From assembly GCA_964566495.1 (NCBI GenBank), contig CAZMIT010000037.1, positions 1 to 14,995 on the forward strand: DNA of 14,995 bases. Direction: 5' to 3'. The notes beneath the pieces are model-generated. The model ran no database searches and was not told where the DNA came from. It was given only the letters and a program-made list of their open reading frames with translations. The position numbers were made by a program, and so were the translations under genes. The stretch is from an uncultured bacterium. GTDB lineage: Bacteria > T1Sed10-126. Of this stretch, positions 1 through 7,360 are shown piece by piece. Position 1 is the first letter of the stretch; every line of letters begins with the position of its first letter.

Positions 1-120
1 TATCCGGCTGTGGGCCGGATAGTTTATACGCCAGATACCATCGAGCCACAAACACAGAATTCATGTGTTTGTTTCTCGATGTCATTGGCGTCTGCACAGA
101 AGCATTGTTTGCTTCTGTGC
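1..120. repeat. Cluster of three adjacent inverted repeats (REP-like hairpins) downstream of typA
   Basis: TATCCGGC(1-8)/GCCGGATA(14-21). Long imperfect stem ACGCCA(28-33)/TGGCGT(86-91), CATCGAG(39-45)/CTCGATG(75-81), ACAAACACA(48-56)/TGTGTTTGT(64-72). GCACAGAAGCA(94-104)/TGCTTCTGTGC(110-120). All read directly from the sequence. Confidence 0.85.
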
Positions 121-137
121 CCACCCGAAGCATGACC

Positions 138-288
138 TTGATCTATAATCCGAACTCCATCTGTGTAATCTGTGGTCCAACAGATGTTGATTTTAATCCG
201 AACTTATCTGCAGTCATCTGCGTGCCACACGAAGTTGACTTTACTCCGAACTCCATCCGTGTCCCCCCAGGACTTGACTTTAAGAACT
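138..288. repeat. Degenerate tandem repeat, 48-nt period, 3 units plus a partial fourth
   Basis: TCCGAACT at 149, 197 and 245 (exact 48-nt spacing), each preceded by TTGA(T/C)..TA; partial TTGACTTTAAGAACT at 274-288. The intervening segments are related to each other (ATCTG..ATCTG). Confidence 0.85.
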
Positions 289-323
289 TCACTCACTGAT
301 CCGCCTGTCTTCGTTTTTTCGGC

Positions 324-2132
324 CTACTTTCGATATCTCTGGTCCAGCTCCTGGTGACGCAGGCGCACCGACTGTGGAGTAATTTCAATCAGCTCATCCC
401 CTTTAATCCAGTCCAGGGCGAACTCAATTGTCACTTCCTTATGGGGCTCAAGCTGAATAGCATCGTCGGCGCCGGCGGCCCGGAAGTTAGTCAGCTGCTT
501 CTGCTTGGTAACATTCACGTTCAAGTTCGGAGCCCGGGAGTGTTCACCGACAATCATGCCCTCGTAGCAGTCGGTCCCCGGGGGAACAAACAACCGCCCA
601 CGATCCTCCAGTCCCTCAAGCGCATAGGGTGTCGCCGTGCCCGGACGGTCGGCAAGCAAAGCACCGGTGTTCCGACGCTCCAGGACAGCCGAACGGGGCT
701 GATAACCTTCAAAACGTGAACTTAAAATTCCCTCGCCCCGGGTATCGGATTTGAATTGCGAACGATAACCGATCAGTCCCCGGGTCGGCACTTTAAATTC
801 AAGCCGCACCCTTTCTTCGCCCAGCGGTTGATACACTTCCATTTCTCCCTGCCTGCTCCCCAGCTCCTCAGTTACCACCCCCACAAAACCCTGCGGCACA
901 TCGGCAACGACTCGTTCCACCGGCTCTTCAACCTGGCCGTTGTTCTTTCTCATTAGCACCTCCGGCATCCCAATTAACATTTCATAGCCTTCTCGCCGCA
1001 TTTCCTCAAAAATTACCGCTAACTGCAGTTGCCCGCGCCCTTTCAGTAGCCAGCGGTCAGTTCTTTCGGTCTCCTCAAGAGTAACAGCGACGTTATTTCG
1101 GTCCTCCCGCCGCAACCTCTCGAGTAGCTTTCGTCCGGTAACGTATTCCCCCTCCTGGGAAGCAAACGGACCATCGTTGGGCTGCACTGAGACGCTAATT
1201 GTCGGCCGGGCAACGCTGATTCGCGGCAGTGGATTTAGGCACTCTTTCTCCGCAATAGTATCTCCTATTTCCACCCCTTCGACACCGGCTACCGCAACTA
1301 TTTCACCGGCTTTGGCTTGCTCGACCGGCCGCCGTTCGAGTCCCTCGTAGACAAACAGGGCCGTCACCTCACGTTTGAGCGTTCCCGCCTCCTGAATAAT
1401 CTTGACCTCACGCCCCCGTTCCAGGCTACCGCTCTGAATTCGTCCCATCGCCAGCCGGCCGAGGTAGTTATCGTAACCAAGGTCGGAGACGAGCAGCCGG
1501 CCCTCTGCGTCGGTCTCAATTGCCGGCGGCGGAATTTCGTCAACCAAACGCTCAAAAAGCGGGACCAGGTCTTCGCCCCTCTGCTCGGGGTCTTCAACCG
1601 CAAATCCGGCCGGAGCAACACTGTAAATGATTGGAAAATCAAGCTGTTCATCGCTGGCTCCCAATTCCATAAACAGTTCAAAAACCTCGTCAACCACAGC
1701 GTCAACGCGGGCGTCGGAACGATCTATCTTATTTACACAGAGAATAACTCGCAAACCCTTCTCAATCGCATGCTTGAGCACAAACCGGGTCTGGGGTAGC
1801 GGGCCTTCGCTGGCATCTACCAGCAGCAGCGCCCCTTCGACCATGTTTAAAACTCGCTCAACCTCACCGCCGAAATCACTGTGGCCCGGGGTGTCGATGA
1901 CGTTAATCTTCGTGTTTTTGTATTTAAGAGCACAGTTCTTGGAGGCAATAGTAATGCCCCGTTCGCGTTCCTGATCGAGGTTATCCATGACACGCTCACT
2001 GACCTGCTCACGCTCATGGAAAACTCCACTCTGGCGCAGCAGGTGGTCAACCAGCGTAGTTTTGCCATGGTCAACGTGGGCAATCACGGCTATATTTCTG
2101 ATGTCCTGTCGCAATTCATCAGTCGCTGCCAT
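324..2132 (-). CDS. typA: Translational GTPase TypA/BipA
   Basis: 602 aa. IRNIAVIAHVDHGKTT (G1), ERERGITI, DTPGHSDFGGEVERVL, NKID, MRREGYE, PTRGLIG, and BipA C-terminal YEGMIVGEHSR...KQLTN...ELIEITPQSVRLR. AGGAG SD at 2142-2146. Confidence 0.98.
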   Translation of the reverse strand: MAATDELRQDIRNIAVIAHVDHGKTTLVDHLLRQSGVFHEREQVSERVMDNLDQERERGITIASKNCALKYKNTKINVIDTPGHSDFGGEVERVLNMVEGALLLVDASEGPLPQTRFVLKHAIEKGLRVILCVNKIDRSDARVDAVVDEVFELFMELGASDEQLDFPIIYSVAPAGFAVEDPEQRGEDLVPLFERLVDEIPPPAIETDAEGRLLVSDLGYDNYLGRLAMGRIQSGSLERGREVKIIQEAGTLKREVTALFVYEGLERRPVEQAKAGEIVAVAGVEGVEIGDTIAEKECLNPLPRISVARPTISVSVQPNDGPFASQEGEYVTGRKLLERLRREDRNNVAVTLEETERTDRWLLKGRGQLQLAVIFEEMRREGYEMLIGMPEVLMRKNNGQVEEPVERVVADVPQGFVGVVTEELGSRQGEMEVYQPLGEERVRLEFKVPTRGLIGYRSQFKSDTRGEGILSSRFEGYQPRSAVLERRNTGALLADRPGTATPYALEGLEDRGRLFVPPGTDCYEGMIVGEHSRAPNLNVNVTKQKQLTNFRAAGADDAIQLEPHKEVTIEFALDWIKGDELIEITPQSVRLRHQELDQRYRK

Positions 2133-2205
2133 AATAAGTACACTCCTTGGCCTGAATAAAAAAACCGCAACAAATTTTGATCCGAAAATTTATTTCCGGC
2201 GGGTA

Positions 2206-2250
2206 ACTAACCCGGCCTATGCATGAACCCTGTGGCCGGGCCGGGTTAGT
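2206..2250. other. 12-bp perfect stem-loop overlapping the lipoprotein stop codon (mRNA processing/stabilising hairpin or atypical terminator)
   Basis: ACTAACCCGGCC(2206-2217)/GGCCGGGTTAGT(2239-2250); no U-tract follows on the minus strand. Confidence 0.55.
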
Positions 2251-2671
2251 CTATATCATAGAAATTAAGGAGAAAGTGCGGATCAAGGGCTCGCGGGTTT
2301 TCTTCCGGCAGTTCACCCTCACGCATATGTATTTTCAGGCGGGCGATAGGAACACCGCCCTGCATCTCGATACCATTATACGAGCTTGCTCCCCAGGGGC
2401 TAATCTCCTGGGCTTCTTCAGAAGCAACCAGGTAGAAGTAGTCGTAACCCCGTTCCGCGGTCAGCTCCGAGGCGCGGTAGAGGGCCAACTCACGGGCTTC
2501 TTCACGACTCAGAGAGGAATTCCCCTGGAACTTGACGAGGAAGACATCGGGCCGGATTGCCTGTTCACTGTAGCCATAGCCGCCATTGTCCGCCGGACGA
2601 TAACGGTTCGCACAGCCAACCAACAAAAGCAATAAAACCAGTGGAAGGAGATAATACTTTATCTGTTTCAT
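2246..2671 (-). CDS. Small lipoprotein of unknown function (resembles the CC0125/CC1285-like family)
   Basis: Start reassigned to ATG 2671 (MKQIKYYLLPLVLLLLLVGC), giving a basic N-region, hydrophobic core and lipobox LVG-C. Mature part Y.PA..GGYGYSE...F.V.F.GN...ALYRASELT...GYDYF matches my recollection of that family (not searched). Confidence 0.8.
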   Translation of the reverse strand: MKQIKYYLLPLVLLLLLVGCANRYRPADNGGYGYSEQAIRPDVFLVKFQGNSSLSREEARELALYRASELTAERGYDYFYLVASEEAQEISPWGASSYNGIEMQGGVPIARLKIHMREGELPEENPRALDPHFLLNFYDID

Positions 2672-2765
2672 CCCTGATCCCTTGTTGAAAAAATTAGTCC
2701 CATTTTTCACATCCCTGACTTACTCAAAAGGTAACACAGGTAGCAGAAGAAATCCAGTATTTTTT

Positions 2766-3089
2766 TTAGCGAGCCACTACTTCTTGCAGCCAGCTCTCGT
2801 AATCTTCCGAAGCTTCCTCAACCCTAAGAGACAATACTTCCGGACAATCGTAAGGATGATTGCCCTGCAGGAAATCCTGGACAGCCTCGCGGCGAGAATC
2901 TGTTGTCTTGACCAACAGCGGGTATTCCTTATCCTCAACCACTTCACCTTCCCATGAATAGACGGAGGTGAGCGGAGAGCCAATGCTCACACAGGCGGCT
3001 AAGTTTTCTTCAACAAGCTCACGGGAAAGCTTACGAGCTACTTTCTTTTCACCAACAGTGGTCAGAATCAGGACAATTTGCGAAGCCAT
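2766..3089 (-). CDS. cutA: Divalent-cation tolerance protein CutA
   Basis: Start at ATG 3089 (MASQIVLILTT). Motifs LVEENLAACV, SVYSWEGEV..D.E..LLVKT and HPYDCPE are typical of CutA; 107 aa. Confidence 0.95.
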   Translation of the reverse strand: MASQIVLILTTVGEKKVARKLSRELVEENLAACVSIGSPLTSVYSWEGEVVEDKEYPLLVKTTDSRREAVQDFLQGNHPYDCPEVLSLRVEEASEDYESWLQEVVAR

Positions 3090-3096
3090 TATAGCA

Positions 3097-4284
3097 TCAG
3101 TAGTAGGTGAGCTGATTATACATTGTAGCCTCGCCGCGGATGTAGCCAAGACGCTTTTCGGCAAGAACTTTAACCATGGAGTGGCGGTCTTCTTCGAGGC
3201 TTAAGACCTCGTAAAGATGTTCACGAGCCCGCTCCTCCTCGCCGTATTCGTGGAGGGCGAAGGCAAGATCGTAACGGGCCCGGGAATCCTCGGGCGACTC
3301 TTCAACGCGTTGTTCAAACATTTCTATAATTTCCCCGGCCCGTTCATGACCGGGATCCGCCTTAATAGACCGGGCGTAGTGTTCACCGGAAATTTCATCC
3401 AGGTCGAGGTAATCATAGACCCGGCCCAGTTGATACTTGGCTTCCGGGTTTCGTGGATCTATTCTGAGAGCGTCCCGGAGATAACGTTCGGCGTAAAAAT
3501 AAGCCGGGGGAGCAGAAGTCAACGCACTGAGCCGCCGGTATTGTAACTGCGTCCGGTTCAGCAGGTTGGGTAGCTCGAGCATCGCGTCATAAACTGCAGA
3601 AGCAATCCGGGGCTCCTCCCCAGCGGCATCAGCGGCGGCAGTCTCAGCCTGACTTTTAAGCTGTTCCAGGGCAGCGATATAATCGCTCCGGTGGGCCTCG
3701 TATCTATTGAGCGTCTCGGAAAACTCCTCGCCGGGACCCAATTCTTCCAGCAACTCGTCAGCCCGCTGCTGCCGCTCAAGGTTACGTTCGGCAAAATTTA
3801 TAAGTTCCGGATAAAGAGCGGCGACCTCAGCCCGACGCTGGTCAAGCTCACCGGCATACCATTCCTGCAGTTGCGACGGTATCTGTTCGCGCCAGTCTTC
3901 CGGCAACTCGAAGTGAAAACTCTGAGCAAGAAAACGTCGTTCCAGTTCATCCTCAATCTCTTGTGCTCTACCGTCCCGGCTCAGCTGTTCAAATAACCAG
4001 TCACGCTCCTGTCCTATTTCGACAACCATCTCTTCCAGCTCCAACGTCGTGGGAGTAATTTCTTCAGGAACCGTGTCGGCTCGGTCAAGCATATAAGTTG
4101 CTTCGGCGACACGCATGTTTGAATGGCGGCGCATAGATCTCCCAAACCAAAAGAGAAGAGCGGACAGAACAAGAAAAATTACTCCAAACATTGCGAGAGT
4201 CCACTTGAAGTCAACCCGTATATACTTGACGTAATCATCAGTAGAGAGAAGTGACTCTTCGGGGTCGGAATTTTCAGAGCTCAT
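3097..4284 (-). CDS. Single-pass membrane protein with helical stalk and C-terminal TPR repeats
   Basis: 395 aa. Hydrophobic segment FKWTLAMFGVIFLVLSALLFWFG near the N-terminus. TPR-like units AERYLRDALRIDPRNPEAKYQLGRVY and PEDSRARYDLAFALHEYGEEERAREHLYEVL. AGGTGA SD at 4289-4294. Confidence 0.85.
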   Translation of the reverse strand: MSSENSDPEESLLSTDDYVKYIRVDFKWTLAMFGVIFLVLSALLFWFGRSMRRHSNMRVAEATYMLDRADTVPEEITPTTLELEEMVVEIGQERDWLFEQLSRDGRAQEIEDELERRFLAQSFHFELPEDWREQIPSQLQEWYAGELDQRRAEVAALYPELINFAERNLERQQRADELLEELGPGEEFSETLNRYEAHRSDYIAALEQLKSQAETAAADAAGEEPRIASAVYDAMLELPNLLNRTQLQYRRLSALTSAPPAYFYAERYLRDALRIDPRNPEAKYQLGRVYDYLDLDEISGEHYARSIKADPGHERAGEIIEMFEQRVEESPEDSRARYDLAFALHEYGEEERAREHLYEVLSLEEDRHSMVKVLAEKRLGYIRGEATMYNQLTYY

Positions 4285-4331
4285 ATTATCACCTGAGATA
4301 GTATCGGGAATCGCGGCTAACCTGTTACTTA

Positions 4332-4360
4332 ATTATAGGATAAATTGACAAAAATTTCTA
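4332..4360 (-). promoter_or_regulatory. Possible internal sigma70-type promoter for the TPR-cutA segment
   Basis: On the minus strand TAGAAA(4360-4355)-N17-TATAAT(4337-4332) in the AT-rich gap after secA. Confidence 0.4.
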
Positions 4361-7360
4361 TTGGCCGCAGCAGTGTTTATATTTAGCACCACTACCGCAG
4401 GGGCAGGGATCGTTGCGGCCGACATCCTTGTCTTTGACAAAGGTTTTAGTGCCGGCTGAGGATTTTTCTCCCCCGGCACTGCCGGAGCGAACCGCTTTCT
4501 GCTGTTCGTCAGCCGTATTATCGGAAACGAGATCCGATAGCCCCCCGATGCTATCGTGTTTATATTCAGCGACATCGGGGGCGCGGACAGCCGGTTTTTC
4601 CTCGGCCGCTTCAATCTGATAGATAAAGCGTAGAAAATCCTCCCGAATCCGAACCTGCAGTTCATCAAACATGCGGAAACCCTGGCGTTTGTATTCGACC
4701 AGCGGGTCCTTCTGGGCCATGCTCTCGAGCTGAATTCCCTGCTTGAGACTGTCCATGGCGTCTATGTGTTCTTTCCAGTGGGTGTCGATAACTTTTAACA
4801 GGAGCTGTTTTTCCATCCGCCGGGCCATTTCTTCGCCCAGCTTTTCGTGCCGCTGGCTCCGGTAATCAAGCAGTTCTTCAAGCAAAAGTGGCTCCAGCTC
4901 CTCTGCCCTTAGCTGCTGCCACTCCTCGAGCTTCTCCTCGGCGGGATGCCAGTCGAGTAAATTTTCAATATCATCAAGCAGTTCGGAGAGCGGCCAGTCC
5001 TCGGCCGGTTGCCGGTCCTGGGCGTGATAATCTATCCAGTCCTCGACCTGAATTTTAATGAATCGCTCAACCTCCTCCGAGAGGTCCTCCTCATGCAGAG
5101 CCAGGTTACGCTCGCGAAATATAATTTTACGCTGCCGGTCAAGCACATCATCAAACTCCAGCAGTCGTTTTCTAATCTCAAAATTACGTGACTCCACTTT
5201 TGACTGCGCTTTTTTAATGGACCGGCTAATCAAACCGTGTTCAATCCGCTGTCCCTGTTCGAGGCCGAGCTTCTGGAGCATCCCTGATATGCGATCAGAG
5301 CCAAAGAGACGCATCAAATCGTCCTCGAGCGAGACAAAAAACCGGCTGGCGCCCGGATCCCCCTGGCGAGCCGTGCGACCGCGAAGCTGGTTATCAATCC
5401 GACGCGCCTCGTGGCGCTCGGTGCCAATGACGTGCAGCCCACAGATGGGTTCGTGAGGACAGTAGGGATCCTCGTCGGGATCTTCGGGCTGAACCGGACA
5501 GCCCTCTTCAATCACACCGTCCCCAAGCACAATGTCGGTGCCGCGGCCAGCCATGTTAGTAGCAATCGTGACGGCGCCGGGCTGACCGGCCTGTGCAACA
5601 ATGGCTGCCTCGCGCTCGTGATTCTTAGCGTTCAATATTTCATGCTCAACACCCCGGCGACTCAACTTCTGTCCCAGCAGCTCACTGGTATCAATATCAA
5701 TCGTGCCGACAAGCACCGGTTTCCCATGCTCATGCAGACGTTCAATTTCGTCAATAACGGCGTTATATTTCTCCTGCTTGGTGCGATAAATTGCATCCTC
5801 TCTATCTACCCTGATATCAGGCTTATTGGTGGGTACAACCACCACGTCGAGGTCATAAATTTCACGAAACTCCTCGGCCTCGGTGTCGGCTGTTCCAGTC
5901 ATGCCGGCCAGCTTATCGTACATGCGGAAGAAATTCTGGATCGTAATTGTGCTCAGCGTCTTGTTCTCCCGCTTTATCTTAACCCCTTCTTTAGCCTCGA
6001 TTGCCTGGTGCAAGCCGTCGCTAAAACGGCGGCCGGGCTGCAGCCGGCCGGTAAATTGGTCAACAATAACCACCTGGTTATCTTTAACTACATATTCGGC
6101 GTCTCGATCGTAGAGCTCGTGGGCCCGAATTGCCTGGTGAACGTGGTGGACAAGCTCCATATTGGTGGTACTGTAGAGGTTTTCGATGTCAAAAGCTTCC
6201 TCAACCCGATCACTGCCGGGGTCGAGGAGGCTGACCGAATTTTTCTCCTCGTCAACCTCGTAGTCGCGCTCCTCTTTCAATCGTTCTACTATTCTATCGA
6301 CCTTTTTGTAAAGACTGGCCGGCTTTCCCGCCCGACCACTGATAATTAGCGGCGTGCGAGCCTCATCTATCAGAACGCTATCAATTTCATCAATAATTGC
6401 ATAATTATGACCGCGCTGGACCATGTCCTCGGGACGAACCGCCATATTATCGCGCAAATAATCAAACCCGAACTCGTTGTTTGTGCCATACGTAATATCG
6501 CACTGATACTGAGGAGCCCGCTCCTCCGGCTTCATACCGTTCTGAATCAGACCGACGCTGACCCCGAGACGCTCATAAATTTCTCCCATCCAGCGGGAGT
6601 CACGACGAGCCAGGTAATCGTTTACCGTAATCAGGTGGGCACCTTTGCCGCTGAGCGCGTTTAAATAAAGCGGCATAGTAGCAACAAGCGTCTTACCTTC
6701 ACCTGTCTTCATCTCCGCTATCCGCCCCTCGTGAAGAACAACCGCACCAATCAATTGAACCGGGTAATGACGAAGACCAAGCCGGCGGTGAGCTACCTCG
6801 CGAACCATGGAAAAAGCTTCCGGCAGAACAAACCAGAGGTTTCTTGCCTCAGGCTCATCGGGAGCTTCGCTTACAAAATGGTCCCAGAGCCGGTGAAACT
6901 GTTCTACCAGGTTATCAACGCTATCATTTTGCCAACCTCGCAACCGGTCGACGTAAGCTTGCTCAAGCTTTTCAACGTTTTTTTCGGCGAGCGGTGATTC
7001 AATAGCGCCGAGAAAAGCGTCACCGTCGTATTTTTGGGTTAATTCGGAGCGATTTTCACGCAGCAATCCTGCAAATTTACGACCACTTTCTTCCGGTTCT
7101 ACTGTCTCCAGCTTTTCCTGGGAGTCACGCAGAAGTTGTTCGTAATACTGGCGCCGCTCGGAGAGTTCTACTCCCTGTTCAACAAGTTCACGCAGTTCAG
7201 CTGTACGTTCCTCGAACCACTCGCGAGAGCGGTCGTGAACTGACCGTTCAAACAACCCGATTAACTCGGCAATCGGTCGCAGACGCTTGAGATCACGCTC
7301 CTGTTTAGAGCCAAAGAAAAACCTTAATATTTTGTCAACGAAGGGGATAAAATTTCTCAT
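4358..7360 (-). CDS. secA: Preprotein translocase ATPase SecA
   Basis: 1000 aa. IAEMKTGEGKT (Walker A), TVNDYLA.RD, YGTNNEFGFDYLRDN, IIDEIDSVLIDEARTPLIISG, IATNMAGRGTDI, GTERHEARRIDNQLRGR..RQGDPG, and C-terminal zinc-binding GRNDPCPCGSG.KYKHCCG. Confidence 0.99.
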   Translation of the reverse strand: MRNFIPFVDKILRFFFGSKQERDLKRLRPIAELIGLFERSVHDRSREWFEERTAELRELVEQGVELSERRQYYEQLLRDSQEKLETVEPEESGRKFAGLLRENRSELTQKYDGDAFLGAIESPLAEKNVEKLEQAYVDRLRGWQNDSVDNLVEQFHRLWDHFVSEAPDEPEARNLWFVLPEAFSMVREVAHRRLGLRHYPVQLIGAVVLHEGRIAEMKTGEGKTLVATMPLYLNALSGKGAHLITVNDYLARRDSRWMGEIYERLGVSVGLIQNGMKPEERAPQYQCDITYGTNNEFGFDYLRDNMAVRPEDMVQRGHNYAIIDEIDSVLIDEARTPLIISGRAGKPASLYKKVDRIVERLKEERDYEVDEEKNSVSLLDPGSDRVEEAFDIENLYSTTNMELVHHVHQAIRAHELYDRDAEYVVKDNQVVIVDQFTGRLQPGRRFSDGLHQAIEAKEGVKIKRENKTLSTITIQNFFRMYDKLAGMTGTADTEAEEFREIYDLDVVVVPTNKPDIRVDREDAIYRTKQEKYNAVIDEIERLHEHGKPVLVGTIDIDTSELLGQKLSRRGVEHEILNAKNHEREAAIVAQAGQPGAVTIATNMAGRGTDIVLGDGVIEEGCPVQPEDPDEDPYCPHEPICGLHVIGTERHEARRIDNQLRGRTARQGDPGASRFFVSLEDDLMRLFGSDRISGMLQKLGLEQGQRIEHGLISRSIKKAQSKVESRNFEIRKRLLEFDDVLDRQRKIIFRERNLALHEEDLSEEVERFIKIQVEDWIDYHAQDRQPAEDWPLSELLDDIENLLDWHPAEEKLEEWQQLRAEELEPLLLEELLDYRSQRHEKLGEEMARRMEKQLLLKVIDTHWKEHIDAMDSLKQGIQLESMAQKDPLVEYKRQGFRMFDELQVRIREDFLRFIYQIEAAEEKPAVRAPDVAEYKHDSIGGLSDLVSDNTADEQQKAVRSGSAGGEKSSAGTKTFVKDKDVGRNDPCPCGSGAKYKHCCGQ

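Noticed and set aside
138..288. CRISPR array
   Set aside because: The conserved core is only ~18 nt and degenerate, the linkers are homologous to each other rather than unique spacers, and no cas genes are in the window.
63..299. 78-aa ORF with a 16-aa repeat as a real CDS
   Set aside because: It starts inside a hairpin, has no evident SD, and its periodicity is explained by the DNA repeat; kept only as a possibility within the repeat finding.
2672..3164. Longer ORF-track starts for the lipoprotein (2710) and cutA (3164)
   Set aside because: ATG 2671 gives a canonical lipoprotein signal peptide, and ATG 3089 gives a normal-length CutA without overlapping the upstream gene.
5411..6349. 312-aa plus-strand ORF and other long antisense ORFs (e.g. 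1317-1799, 10598-11347)
   Set aside because: They are shadow frames opposite well-supported genes (secA, typA, serC) and have no recognisable motifs.
6839..7171. Intein in SecA
   Set aside because: No N-terminal Cys/Ser block, no His-Asn C-terminal splice motif and no LAGLIDADG pattern.
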